Shown piece after piece: positions 1 to 13,894 of a stretch of DNA of 64,000 bases. A model generated the notes under the pieces. It ran no database searches. It saw nothing but the letters and a program-made list of their open reading frames with translations, and was not told the origin of the DNA. Position 1 is the first letter of the stretch. Each line of letters begins with the position of its first letter. Made by a program: the position numbers and the translations under genes. Source of the stretch: Eledone cirrhosa. Its lineage: Eukaryota. The stretch covers positions 360,530,001 to 360,594,000 of the forward strand of contig OZ024740.1 in assembly GCA_964016885.1 (NCBI GenBank), in the 5' to 3' direction.

Positions 1-227
1 CAAAAAGTTTAGGATGCCCATTTGGTCTACATGTGTTCTTATATTTAATATAGAAGTTTATCTAGTGTAACGTTTATTCGAAATATTTGGAGCATCAACT
101 TTTAGGGTAGTTTAATTTTTCATGAAGAATGTTTAAATAAAAATAAAAATAAAAAGAAGAATAAAAAGAAGAAATCGAAAGATTTATCGGCTAGTTTCCC
201 AAATAATTATAAATCAAACTAAATATA

Positions 228-1501
228 CTACATTTTAAATTTAAATTTATATTTAAAAGTTGAGTTTAATCTATGTTTGCAGCAACTGAATAAATTTGTC
301 CATAGATTAAGGGAATTTTTAGATTTTAGTATAAAGAATATCTCCTCTGCGCAGAGGTCACATGTCTCAGAGGATGAATTAAAAGGAATCCCCCTTGAGA
401 CTATATTCCAAGCCGTCGAATATCTAACGTTATCTAGCTTAAGTTGCCAGAGTACGCCTGATAGTGCCGTTGAAGATTTTTTGCTTGGATCTGTGAAAGA
501 ATTCTTGTGGTTATTATAGCGAAGTTTAAATTCCGTCGATGTGGAACCGACGTAGTTAAAAGAATTAGAATCAGTTTTAACATTACAATTGTATACTATA
601 TTTTTAACTAAGCAGTTGTTATTTAACGGACATTTAGATCTATCTCTACAGTTACATTTGTTAACTTGTATATTATTTATGCTATTATCACTAGGTTTTA
701 AGTTCCTATTATTTATTCTATTAATATTTTGTGCTAAATTTTTGGTGGATGAGTAGGTTAATTTTATAGTATGTCTATTGAAAATTGAGTGATACCTATG
801 TGTTCTAGGGAAGCGATTATCAAGAGCTTTAAAAAATAGTTTAGCGATGTGGGTTTTAATGTTTAGTGAGAAGGGGGGGGGGGGGGCAAACCAAATTATG
901 TTCCTAGTTGTATTTCTTTTTTGGCCCTTGGAATTATTGTAATGCTTTCTATTATAGTTGTTAAGGTTGTTGCCGTAATTAAAATAGTTGTTATTTTGTT
1001 TAGTTTGTCTATCATTATCTATGTATATAATCTTATCAGTATATCCTACTCTAGCTAACGCTTCATTGTAGTACTGGGCTTTTTCGTCGAAAATCTTTCT
1101 ATTAGACGAGATTCTAGAGATACGTTTTTGAACAGAGTTTACTATAGTGTTTTTGACAGATCTGGGGTGGTTAGAGTTAAAGCTGACATAGTTTAAGTTT
1201 TCATTAAACTTGTGAAAAGGATAGTGAAGACGTGTTGAGATTTAATGTTATATCTAGGAAATTGACTATTCTATGGTTGTTCTCAATTTCTATTTTAAGA
1301 TTAAAGTAATTAAAAAATTGTGTAATTTGTTTACATTTTCTATTTAGTTCAGAGTTATTATTATCAATAAGTAAAAGCATGTCATCTCTATATAAACCTC
1401 CGGTAGTACCAGGTATTTTCCTATGTGGCGAATTGATTAAAAATAAGCCCACAAGGTCAGTTACCTGAGCTGAGTCGGATGATCCCATAGTAATGTCCAA
1501 A
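228..1501 (-). mobile_element. 5'-truncated Penelope-like element (RT C-terminal half + GIY-YIG endonuclease), frameshifted near 1221
   Basis: Minus strand reads ITMGSSDSAQVTDLVGLFL..GGLYRDD..VNFLDITL, then in a shifted frame PFHKFNENLNYVSFNSNHP..KCNCRDRSKCPLNNNCLVKNIVY..YVGSTSTEFKLRYNNH..CCKH, stop at 228-230. Homologous to the 13895-16591 ORF. Confidence 0.9.
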
Positions 1502-1576
1502 TACTTGTCGAGTGCTTTTATATCAGTTATTAATATTTACTAGTTGTAACCCAACAATTTAAATATAACTTTCCAT
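1502..1576 (+). mobile_element. Inverted pLTR 3' terminus capping the truncated PLE
   Basis: ACTTGTCGAGTGCTTTTATATCAGTTAT..CCCAACAATTTAAATATAACTTC closely matches the end of the HHR-type element at 18831-18904. It is opposite in orientation to the ORF and abuts (TA)n. Confidence 0.7.
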
Positions 1577-1648
1577 ATAAAGTATATGTATATATATATA
1601 TATATAAAGTATATGTATATATATATATGTATATATATATATATAAAG

Positions 1649-1716
<68 letters not shown>

Positions 1717-1969
1717 ATATGTATATATATATATATATATAAAGTGTATATATATATATATATATAAAGTATATGTATATATATATATATAAAGTATATG
1801 TATATATATATATATAAAGTATATATTTATATATATATAAAGTATATGTATATATATATATAAAGTATATATATATATATATATATAAAGTATATATATA
1901 AATATATATATATATAAAGTATATATATATATAAAGTATATGTATATATATATATATATATATATAAAG

Positions 1970-2033
<64 letters not shown>

Positions 2034-2136
2034 ATATGTATATATATATATAAAGTATATGTATATATATATATAAAGTATATATATATATATATAAAGT
2101 ATATATATAAATATATAAAGTATATATATATATAAA

Positions 2137-2167
<31 letters not shown>

Positions 2168-2620
2168 AAGTATATATATATATATATATATAAAGTATAT
2201 ATATATATATATATATAAAGTATATATATATATATAAAGTATATGTGTATATATATATATATAAAGTATATGTGTATATATATATATAAAGTATATGTGT
2301 ATATATATATATATATATAAAGTATATATATATATATATATATATAAAGTATATATATATATATATATATAAAGTATATATACATATATAAAGTATATGT
2401 GTATATATATATATATAAAGTATATGTGTATATATATATATAAAGTATATGTGTATATATATATATAAACTATATGTGTATATATATATATATATAAAGT
2501 ATATGTGTATGTGTATATATATATATATATATATATAAAGTATATGTGTATGTGTATATATATATATATATATAAAGTATATGTGTATGTGTATATATAT
2601 ATATATATAAAGTATATGTG

Positions 2621-2650
<30 letters not shown>
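1577..2650. repeat. Compound (TA)n / TAAAGTATATG microsatellite
   Basis: Direct reading. The same motif resumes at 5418-5498, so the RTE copy between them sits inside this array. Confidence 0.97.
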
Positions 2651-2651
<1 letters not shown>

Positions 2652-5416
2652 CATCATCATCATCATCATCAACGTTTAACGTCCGTGTTCCACGCTTGCA
2701 TGGGTTTGGACGGGGGTAGTCCCACTTGAGGCAAGAGTGATTGTCTTGCTCGCATAGGACTGTCTGGCAGGTTTTCTACAGTTGGATGCCCTTCCTAACA
2801 CCAACCACATTTACAGTGTGGGTCTGGGAGGTTTTTACCGTGTTGCCTACACGGCCACATTACAGCGTGGACTGTGTGTTTTTTGTCGTGACACCTACAC
2901 GATCTCATTTGTTTCGGCCTCGAAGGCGCGGCACCAACATAACTTTACATAGAACGGGGTGGTGTGGATCGGGTGGGGGTGGGGGTGGTGGGACGGGGTG
3001 TATTTTGTTAGAGATGCCTACTGGCTGGAGTAGGTTTTACTATATATTTAGGTAAGGCGGGTCTTCTCTGTTACTGAGTACCGCCAAAGGTCTCGGTCCA
3101 GTGACATTGTCTTGGAGAGGTGTAAGTGTGTGATGTCGGAGTTTATCAGCTCGTCCCAGGTTTTTCTAGGTCTGCCTATTCCGTGACTACCGTCTATCTT
3201 TATTGCCCTGCACTTTGTTATACAGCTATCGACTTTCATGCGCATCACGTGTCCATACCAACGTAGCCTTCTCTCGAGTAAACAACATCTGATCCCTCTT
3301 ATCTCTAATTTTTTCCTTAGTTCGTTTATGCTTTGCCGTTCACGTATATTACTGTTACACATCCAGCGGAGCATGCAAGCTTCGTTCCTCTCTAGTCTGC
3401 GTATATCCTCTGCACACAATGCCCAGGTCTCACTGCCATGCAGCATTGCTGTTCGTATGCAGGCATCGTACAACCTGCCTTTCATTTTTAGTGAGAACCC
3501 TTTAGCAGCTAATAGTGGTATAAGCTCTCTGAACTTTTTCCAACCAGTTCTGACTCTAGCTACAGTACTTTCAGAGCACCCTCCCCCACTGCTGATTTTA
3601 TCGCCCAGGTAACGGAAGCTGTCCACTATTTCTATAGAACCCTCTGCGCAATTGAAAGAGCTAGTAGTTTGTGGGCACTTGCTGCTACTTATTGCACCAG
3701 AGCACCGGCCACATGCAAAATCTATGTTCTTAGTTAGCTTACCTGTGATCCCACTACATCTTTTATGCACCCATACTTTGCATTTAGGACATAAAATGGA
3801 GTTTCTACCTACGCCTTTCCTACACACCGAGCACGACCATTTCCCAGAAGGGACCGCCGCCTTGTTTTCTTTCCTACAAACTAGTACTTTGGTCTTAGCC
3901 AGGTTAATTTTAAGTCCTTTTGACTCTAGGCCGTGCTTCCATGTTTGGAATTTCTTCTCTAGCTCGGCCATTGATTCCGCTATGAGTGTCAGGTCGTCTG
4001 CGTATAGGAGTTCCCATGGGCAGCCTGTCTTGAACTCCTCTGTTATAGCCTGAAGGGCAATAATAAATAGTAGTGGACTGAGAACAGAGCCCTGATGGAC
4101 GCCAACTTTTACGCTAAACTCATCACTATATTCGTTGTTAATTCTAACCTTGCTGACTGTTTCTTTATACATGGCTTGTATAGCCCTCACAAGCCATTCG
4201 TCAACGCCTAGTTTTCTAAGAGCCCACCAGATAATGGAGCGGGGGACTCTGTCGAAGGCTTTCTCCAAGTCGACAAAAGCTAAGTAGAGGGGTTTACCTT
4301 TAGCTAGGTACTTCTCCTGTAGTTGTCGTACTATGAAAAGAGCGTCTGTGGTACTTTTGCCTGACACAAACCCGAACTGCATTTCATCTAGGTCAATTCT
4401 CTCTCTGATTAGTTGCGCTATTACTCTTTCCGTGACCTTCATGACCTGGTCGATTAATTTAATGCCTCTATAGTTACTCCTATCTAGGGCGTCTCCTTTA
4501 CCCTTATAACAGTTAACGATGATGCTGCTATGCCAGTCCTTCGGAACAACCCCATTCTGTACGACTTGGTTAACTATGCGGGTGACCATGGTGTGTCCCA
4601 CCGTGCCAGATGCCTTCAGCATCTCAGCAACTATTTCCGAAGGCCCAGCCGCCTTACCAGTCTTCATATCCTTGATTGCCTTACTTATTATACTCCCCTC
4701 GACTAACACTGCTGGTCCCTCTATTGGGTCGATATGGGGGAGACTGCCTTTCTCCCAATTATTCTCCTCATTTAGAAGCCTTTCATAGTGACACTTCCAA
4801 GCTACCTTCTTATCAGCGTCGGTGATGGCAAGTGTGCCATCGTCGTTTAGTACACACTTCTCCCCGACAATATCACGGTTTTCCTTGACGCATTGCCTAG
4901 CAATCCTGAACACCTCACGTTTTTGGTCATCGCGTTGTAGAACATGCTTGAACTTTCTTTCCTCAGCTTCCCTTCTTGCTAAGTACACTTGTCTCCTAGC
5001 TTCCCTCCTGGCCACTTGATAGTCCTCTCTACTTCCCCCATCCCGCCATACTTTCCAAGCCTGCTTTTTGGCCTTAATTGACCCCTCCACCTTACTGTTC
5101 CACCACCATGTTACTCTCCTCCTGCCTACAGGCCTGCTCCAGCCACAGACCTCGTCTGTCGCCAACAGCAGGTTTGCTTTCAGAAATTCCCACTCTCCCT
5201 CTATATTGTCCGACTCTAAATGTTCTTCCTTACTGTCGAAAGCATCGAGTAATATGCTTTGAAATTTATTCCTGGCTGTGGGGTCCTTTAGCTTCCATAT
5301 TTTCCTCCTGAGGATAGTCCTCTTCTGTTGTCGAGTACGTCTCGTCCTGACTATGAGGTCGCTAATTATCAGTCTATGTTGGGAGGTGCATTCTTCATGG
5401 GGGAGGGATTTAGTGT

Positions 5417-5417
<1 letters not shown>
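2651..5417 (-). mobile_element. RTE-clade LINE family A, 5'-truncated copy; ORF open 5417->3048 (end of APE + RT + PHD-like finger), (GAT)n tail
   Basis: AFVDLEKAFDRV, GVHQGSVLSP, YADD, RLRWYGHVMRM motifs. The 3'UTR is near-identical to 8640-9034. (CAT)n at 2651-2670. Confidence 0.95.
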
Positions 5418-5462
<45 letters not shown>

Positions 5463-5499
5463 ATAAGTGTATATATATATATAAAGTATATGTATATAT

Positions 5500-8400
5500 C
5501 GAGAATGCGAGCATGCCTCTTTGTTTCGGCCGCGGATGGCTAACATAACCCCATCTCCCCCCGCTCCCCACCTTTCCAACCTCCCAAACGCAATCCAAAA
5601 CTTCAGATTTGGTACCTTGAATGTAGGCACCTTAAAGGGTCGCTCTAACGAGGTTGTAGAAATGCTTGAACGTAAGGAGGTCGATGTTTGTTGTATTCAA
5701 GAGACCAGGTGGAGGGGTGGATCTGCTAGATACATTGTAGGTAGAAAACGATGCTATAAGCTTTTCTGGGTGGGAAACGACAATGGGCTGGGTGGAGTAG
5801 GAATCATGGTAGCAGAAAAGTGGGCAGATAAGATAATAGACGTAAATAGAGTGAACGACAGAATAATTAAAATAAGACTTGTCCTCAATAGAACTACGGT
5901 GACAGTAATATCCGTGTACGCACCCCAATCCGGACTGCCCAGCACTATAAAAGACAGATTCTATGAGACACTGATGCTCACTACCTCCCAAATAACCGAC
6001 AGTGACTATATAATTATTGCAGGCGACCTAAACGGTCACGTTGGACAACATTGTGACGGCTACGACGAAATCCATGGAGGCTATGGGTTTGGTACTAGAA
6101 ATGAGGAAGGCTCCAGAATCCTGGAATTCTGCGACGCAAATAACCTAACTATCTGCAACACTAACTTCAAAAAACGAGACAATCACTTGATCACCTACAG
6201 ATCAGGGGAACATACTAGCCAGGTAGATTATATCCTTACCAGAAGACGTGACAAAGTGACTGTCGTAAACACTAAATCCCTCCCCCATGAAGAATGCACT
6301 TCCCAACATAGACTGATAATTAGCGACCTAATAGTCAGGACAAGACGTACTAGACAACAGAAGAGGACTATCCTCAGGAGAAAAATATGGAAGCTAAAGG
6401 ACCCCACAGCCAAAAATAAATTCCAAAGCATATTACTTGATGCTTTCGACAGTGAGGAAGAGCAATTAGAGACGTACAAGGTAGAGGAACAGTGGGAATT
6501 CCTGAAAGCAAACCTGCTGACGGCGGCAGACGAAGTCTGTGGCTGGAGCAGGCCTGTAGGTAGGAGGAGAGTAACATGGTGGTGGAACAGTAAGGTGGAG
6601 GAGTCAATTAAGGTCAAAAAGCAGGCTTGGAAAGTATGGCGGGATGGGGGAAGTAGAGAAGACTATCAAGTGGCCAGGAGGGAAGCTAGGAGACAAGTGT
6701 ACTTCGCAAGAAGAGAAGCAGAGGAAAGAAAGTTCAAGCATGTTCTACAACGTGAGGACCAAAAACGTGAGGTGTTCAGGATTGCTAGGCAATGTGTCAA
6801 AGAAAACCGTGATATTGTCGGGGAGAGGTGTGTACTTAATAATGATGGTGTACTTGCCATCACTGACGCTGATAAGAAGGTAGCTTGGAAGTGTCACTAC
6901 GAAAGGCTACTAAATGAGGAGAATAAATGGGAGAAAGACAGTCTCCCCCACATCGACCCAATAGAGGGACCAGCAGTGTTAGTAGAAGGTAGTATAATAA
7001 GTAAGGCAATCAAAGATATGAAGACGGGCAAGGCGGCTGGGCCTTCGGAAATAGTTGCTGAGATGCTGAAAGCCTCTGGAACGGTGGGACACACCATGGT
7101 CACCCGGATAGTAAACCAAGTCATACAGAATGGGGTTGTTCCGAAGGACTGGCGTAGCAGCATCATCATTAACTGTTACAAGGGTAAAGGAGATGCCCTA
7201 GATAGGAGTAACTATAGAGGCATTAAATTAATCGACCAGGTCATGAAGGTCACGGAAAAAGTTATAGCGCAACTAATCAGAGAGAGAATTGATCTAGATG
7301 AAATGCAGTTCGGTTTTGTGTCAGGCAAAAGTACCACAGACGCTCTTTTCATTGTACGACAACTACAGGAGAAGTACCTAGCTAAAAGTAAACCCCTATA
7401 CTTAGCTTTTGTTGACTTGGAGAAAGCCTTCGACAGAGTCCCCCGTTCTATTATCTGGTGGGCTCTTAGAAAACTAGGTGTTGACGAATGGCTTGTGAGA
7501 GCTATACAAGCCATGTATAAAGAAACAGTCAGCAAGGTTAGAATTAACAACGAATATAGTGAAGAGTTTAGTGTAAAAGTTGGTGTAGATCAGGGCTCTG
7601 TTCTTAGCCCCCTACTATTTATTATTGCCCTTCAGGCTATAACAGTGGAGTTCAAGACCGGCTGCCCATGGGAACTCCTATACGCAGATGATCTAACGCT
7701 GATAGCTGAATCAATGGCCGAGCTAGAGAAGAAATTCCAAACATGGAAGCACGGCCTAGAATCAAAAGGCCTTAAAATTAACCTGGCTAAGACTAAAGTT
7801 CTAGTTTGTAAGAAATAAAATAAGGCGGCGGTCCCCTCCGGGAAGTGGCCATGCGCAGAGTGTAGGAAAGGCGTAGGTAGAAATTCCATTTTGTGTCCCA
7901 AATGCAAAGTTTGGGTGCATAAAAGATGTAGTGGGATCACAGGTAAGCTAACTAAGAACATAGATTTTACATGTGGCCGGTGTTCTGGGGCAATAAGTAG
8001 CAGCAAGTGCCCACAAAATACTAGCTCTTTCAACTGCGCAGAGGGTTCTATAGAAATAGTGGACAGCTTCTGTTACCTGGGTGACAAAATCAGCAGTGGG
8101 GGAGGGTGCTCTGAAAGTACAGTAGCTAGAGTCAGAACTGGGTGGAAAAAGTTCAGAGAGCTTATACCACTATTAGCCGCTAAAGGGTTCTCCCTAAAAA
8201 TGAAAGGCAGGCTGTACGATGCCTGCATATGAACAGCAATGTTGCATGGCAGTGAGACCTGCGCATTGTGTGCAGAGGATATACGCAGACTAGAGAGAAA
8301 CGAAGCTTGCATGCTCCGCTGGATGTGTAATAGTAATATACGTGAACGACAAAGCATAAACGAACTAAGGAAAAAATTAGAAATAAGAGGGATCAGATGT

Positions 8401-9034
8401 TGTTTACTAGAGAGAAGGCTACGTTGGTATGGTCACATGATGCGCATGAAGGACGATAGCTGTATAACAAAGTGCAGGGCAATAAAGATAGACGGTAGCC
8501 ACGGAATAGGCAGACCCAGAAAAACCTGGGACGAGCTGATAAACTCCGACCTCACACACTTACACCTCACCAAGACAATGTCACTGGACCGAGACCTTTG
8601 GCGGTACTCAGTAATAGAGAAGACCCGCCTTACCTAAATACAAAGTAAAACCTACTACAGCCAGTAGGCATCTCTAACAAAATACACCCCCGTCCCACCA
8701 CCCCAACCCCATCCACACCGCCCCCTTCTATGTAAAGTTATGTTGGTGCCACACCATCCAGGCCGAAACAAATGAGATCGTGTAGGTGTCACGACAAAAA
8801 AACACACAGTCCACGCTGTAATGTGGCCGTGTAGGCAACACGGTAAAAACCTCCCAGACCCACACTGTAAATGTGGTTGGTGTTAGGAAGGGCATCCAAC
8901 TGTAGAAAACCTGCCAGACAGTCCTATGCGAGCAAGACAATCACTCTTGCCTCAAGTGGGAAAACCTCCGTCCAAACCCATGCAAGCGTGGAACACGGAC
9001 GTTAAACGATGATGATGATGATGATGATGATGAT
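5500..9034 (+). mobile_element. RTE LINE family A, near full ORF, pseudogenised (stops at 7816-7818 and 8230-8232)
   Basis: APE motifs [24 protein letters not shown] and RT YADD. ORF pieces 5521-7818, 7891-8232 and 8239-8637 are colinear. (GAT)n tail. Confidence 0.95.
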
Positions 9035-9334
9035 ATATAGGGAAAACAAATGTTAAATGATGATGATATATAAGGATATAGATTCACACACACATATATA
9101 TACATATATGCATATATAGATAGATGTGTGTGTGTGTAGGGTTTTCAACAATATACACAGATGAAGGATATAAACAATGGCACGAAAACCTGAAGCTGAA
9201 AACCAGTGATTTGTAATAATTGTTCTGCACCAAATTACAGAGACTCCCATGTTGCTATTGTTTAACAATTACAGTATAAAATAAAATTAATTAAAATAAT
9301 TGCTCGATATAAAATTTAAAAATAATAATAATAA

Positions 9335-9500
9335 TTGTTTCTACTTTTGGCACAAGGCCAGCAATTACTCCAGTGCATTACTGGTGCTTTATTTTATTGA
9401 GCCCGTAAGGATGAAAGGCAAAGTTAACCTCGGCAGTATTTGAACCCAGACTGTAAAGGGCCGAACCTCTACGCTGCAAAGCATAGCATCCGACCCTCTC
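9335..9500 (-). mobile_element. Degenerate tRNA-derived SINE
   Basis: GGCACAAGGCCAGC..AAGGATGAAAGGCAAAGTTAACCTCGGCAGTATTTGAACCCAG (reverse B-box). Similar segments at 36810-36970 and 52825-53150. Confidence 0.6.
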
Positions 9501-10049
9501 CTGATTATAATACTAAATGAAATAAGTGTTGAACAAGAATTCCTGGTCTATTTGATTGTGGCCAACTCTGGAACATTTCCAGAACCCAGGATTTCAACCT
9601 AAAAGTATTTAGCTCACCTATTGAGTGGTGTATGTATTTGGTGGGGATGGGGTGGTTCTTGTTTCATTTTGTATTGTTTTGTTTTTTTCTTGGTCCATTG
9701 TCTCTTTGATCTAATTACAGTCCTGTTCTGTTGGCAGGGTGGGGTATCGTCCAGCAGAATTGGGCCAAATGCAGGGGAAAACCAGTTATTTTTATTTTAC
9801 TGCCGCTAAAGTAAATGGATATCAGTGTCTTGACCGTTGCTGGCTACTCTGTGTGTGTGTAGTAGTAGTAGTAGTGAGGTCCTGGTGTTCATAGTAAACA
9901 ACTATTGTAATAGCAGTTGTTTTTTTTATTATAGTATTAGTGGTTATCTTGGTGGTGGTGGTGGCAATAGTTGTTATTGTAGTTTGGTAGTGGTAATTAT
10001 TGTGTATTAGTAGTCAGTTATGGGTGGAGGTATAGTGGTGTAACAAGTA

Positions 10050-11345
10050 GACTGACAGAGAAGGCAGACGTCATTTGTGGGTGATGCACTAGGGAGGTTA
10101 GCAGTGACAGCACATACAAAGGAACCTCCTTCATTTTCTCTGAAAGCATGCTAGAGGTAGTTGATAGCGTTTGTTACATTCAGGGTTGCACAGTTCTTTG
10201 AGGACATTTGCATAAATTCAGTAAAAGAAGCATGAATCAGAAAAGAAGAGCTTTATTCAAGAAAAAATTGGCATGAATAATCTGGTCCATCAACTTGATG
10301 CCTCTATAGTTTTCTCTATCTAATGCATCTCCTTTACCCTTGTAGCAGTTGACAATGCTGCTGCTATGTTAATCATTGGGTATAGCACCATTTTGTATTA
10401 CTTGGTTAACAATATAGGCGGTTATGGTGTGACCTATCATCCCAGAGACTATGCTTTCAGTATCTCAGCAACTATTCCCAGTGGCTGCTTTGCCTGTTTT
10501 CATGTCTTTAATTGCCTTACTACGCTGCTACTAACTTGTACTGCTGGTCCCTCTGTAGAGTCCACACATTTTCCTCATTCATAAGTCTTTCATAATGCCA
10601 CTTCCATGCTGCCTTCTTTTCAGTTTCAGTGAGGGCAAGTGCACTATTGTCATCTCGAATACACTTCTCTCCCACATCACAATTTTCCCTAACATTCCCT
10701 TGCGGTCCTGAACACCTCACACTTTTGGTCATCATCACGCAGCATAACATGCATACATTTTTTACTTTCTGCTTCTCTCCTTACAAAGTATACTTGTCGC
10801 CTCTTCTCTCACCTTGCCATTTGATACATCTCTCTGCTACCTCAATTTTGCCATTCCTTCCATGCCTGCCTCTTGGTCTTAATTGTTTCATCCACCCTAC
10901 TATTCCACCACCAAGTCACTCTCTTACTCCTCGGACCCCTGCTCCAACCACATAAGTCATTTGTAGCCTTCAGTAGATTATCTTTCAGGAACTCACACTG
11001 CTCCTTTATATCGTATGTCGCTATTTCTTCTTCCTTATTGTCAAAAGCATCAAGTAAGATATCCTTAAATTTGTTACAGGCTGAGGGCTCCTTCAATTTC
11101 TATATCCTTCTCCTCTAGGTTGTCCTCTTTCTCCAAGTTCATCTAGCTCTAATTAGTAAGTCACTAACTACCAGGTTATGCTGAGATGTGCATTCCTCAC
11201 CCAAAAGGGACTTTGTGTTTACCACCATCAGTCTATCTCGCTTTCTGGTGAGGATGAAACTTATTTAGCTCGTGTGCCTACCTGATCTGTAGGTGATCGA
11301 GTGGTTGTCAGGTTTTTTGAAGTTAGTGTTACAGATCGTCAGTTC
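10050..11345 (-). mobile_element. Old degenerate RTE fragments (10280-11345 minus; short plus piece ~10050-10180)
   Basis: ICNTNFKKPDNHSITYRSG, RVTWWWNSRVD and KKAAWKWHYERL in broken frames. Confidence 0.85.
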
Positions 11346-11367
11346 ATTATATATATTAATGTATGTG

Positions 11368-11400
<33 letters not shown>

Positions 11401-11515
11401 TTGTGACGGTGTCGGTGTCTCATGACACCACTACACAGTGCCACACTATAAACGTGGTTGGTGTTAGGAATATATATATATGTATATCCGTGTGTGTGCA
11501 TATATATATATATAT

Positions 11516-11712
11516 ATAGGAAAATGTATGACCCTGACGGCAGAGCTCAAGCCGTTTCGACGGCTATTTCCTGACGTCCAGAAATAGCCATCGAAACGGC
11601 TTGAGCTCTGCCGTCGGGTGATACATTTTCCTATTACCCACTATACTACCCTAAGTATTGAGTACTCTGGTGCATTATGGTCCATCTAATTCCTTACCAC
11701 AACTCCTTCATT
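11516..11712 (+). mobile_element. Fold-back mini-element in (TA)n carrying the 3' half of a hammerhead
   Basis: Inverted arms 11516-11570 / 11581-11634 with a 10-nt loop. Right arm has GAA-ACGGC-ttgagctct-GCCGT-C. An ~80-bp unique tail follows, then (TA)n. Confidence 0.65.
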
Positions 11713-11714
11713 AT

Positions 11715-11805
<91 letters not shown>

Positions 11806-11809
<4 letters not shown>

Positions 11810-12330
11810 ATTAGAATACTGGAGCGTGTTTGAGTCAAACACCCTCTTCGTATTATAGAAATGACAGTAAAAGGTATAGCTCAATGCAGTTAAACAGAGC
11901 CAAAAAATTAAGAGAGTAAAACAAAGAATCCTTTAATACATCAAAAGTTTTTATTAGCCGACAATGTTTCGTCCTATTAAGGACTCATCAGGGCAATCAA
12001 AACAACAAGAGGTAATATCGGCAGATACAAGCCAGAAACTCTGAAGAATATGGAGTGTACATACACTAATGTCTTGCAAAGATATACGATAATAAAAATG
12101 AAAATAAAGATAAAAATAATAAAATTATAATAACTAAGGATGTAGATAACATTAAGAACCATATTACAAATATAGTCCAAAGCCACCAACCTAAATCTTA
12201 ACAAATTTGGTTATATAGAGCAGGAATTATATATAACACAATATAATACATTATAATAATAATATATTTATACCAACATTAAAATTCCAAATTAAAAATC
12301 AAAAGGTACAATATATACATGTATATATGT

Positions 12331-12371
<41 letters not shown>

Positions 12372-12684
12372 ACAATACACATATCTATGTTCTATTACAC
12401 AGAAATTGAGCCCTATTAGAAGTTTGAATATTAAAAATAAGCATGGTAATAGTGAAAATAATACTAATACATCTACCCAATATACATGAGGCAATAATAT
12501 GATATAATTACAAGAAACACTTATAACAAATAATAAACAACAAAATTATATAATTCAATACAATATAATAAAGTAGAATAGATAATCCCCGGTTAATTTA
12601 CAGAAACAATATAGATGTCAATGAAATACAATGATAAAATGTTAACATTATATTAACAAGTACCATAAACAATATATACAAAAT
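11806..12684 (-). repeat. 3' pLTR of the PLE
   Basis: Near-identical to 16668-17530; differs by (CA)n length and a few SNPs/indels. Confidence 0.92.
11956..11996 (-). ncRNA. Minimal type-I hammerhead ribozyme in pLTR
   Basis: Minus strand: TTGCC-CTGATGA-GTCCT taat AGGAC-GAAA-C att G-TC-GGCTA, followed by AATAAA. Confidence 0.85.
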
Positions 12685-13894
12685 GATTCATACTGGGTTA
12701 CATAATAAATGAGGAAATATAAATCATATAATACATCATATAATACTAAAAAAAACTATAATGGTACAGGGAAAAATTATGATGTTACAGAAAAAATATG
12801 ATGTTACAGAAAAAAATATACAGACATCTAACATGATATGTAAAGTCTAAATATTATAATGTTACATATTACAATATTAAAATATTAAAAAAATCCAGAC
12901 ATCTTACATGATATATAAAGTTTAAATATCATAATGTTATATATAATGAACGGTAAGTAATAAGGATCTATATCATAATGTAATATATTTTAAAATTGGC
13001 ATAAAATATATAAATACTTATAATTACAAGGTTAGTAGACAGACATGTGTGGATGAGTGAGCAAAGCCAGACAGTGAATAGTAAATAGAATATAGAATAA
13101 AACAAATAAATACAATCAACCGGAAATTACAAAACAAAAGCAAATGTATACACATTTAGGCCTCGCGTGCATTAAGAAATTAGGTAAACACCAAGGAAAG
13201 CGATCATTTTAAATGACTCCAAACCCTATCTGATAAATTAATATTAAAAATATCGAACCCGTCCAATAAGGTAGTATAATATTAGCTGTAGTTTAAGTCA
13301 TTAAAGTATATAAACTTTAATGTATCATTACAAATGTTTACAAAAAGGAATAAAATTACACTATCATATACGCAACGATATCTAAAAAACTGACTTAAGT
13401 AGAGTTAAGGTAGGCTAATGGGGACAGAATTGACAAAATATATGGAGGGTGCGAAGTGGCATAAAATATATTCGATATACTATAATAAATAATAGAACGG
13501 AGCATAAAAGAGGGGGGGGGGGGTAAATATAATCATATTCAATCTGGAGGGGTTGACAATAAGTTTATGTGTGTATGGGGGGAGAGGGAGGGGGGTGTCG
13601 ATAGATAAATCAGAATAGACTTAGAAATAAAAATAGAATTAAAAATAATATTAAAATTTAAAATTAAAGTTAATAATAATAAAAAAAATATAAAGATAAT
13701 AATAGAATAACGTAAGTGGCGTAAAGTGTGTAATCTTATGTATACTAACAAGGTGTAATAGTGAAGACATAGATATGGTACAGTGGCCAAATGATTATGA
13801 GAGCTAGAATGAAGAGTCATCAAAAACCAATGATAACATTAATGTTGGCAAACAAAAGAACCCAAACAAAAAACTAAGTAATGGAATATATCTG

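Noticed and set aside
1540-2672. Long YI/IY-rich ORFs (also 56920-58730, 60941-62479)
   Set aside because: Translations of stop-free (TA)n microsatellites.
3048-5630. 860-aa ORF as a single gene
   Set aside because: Chimeric: the N-terminus is antisense of the neighbouring RTE plus microsatellite. Real homology starts at ~5417.
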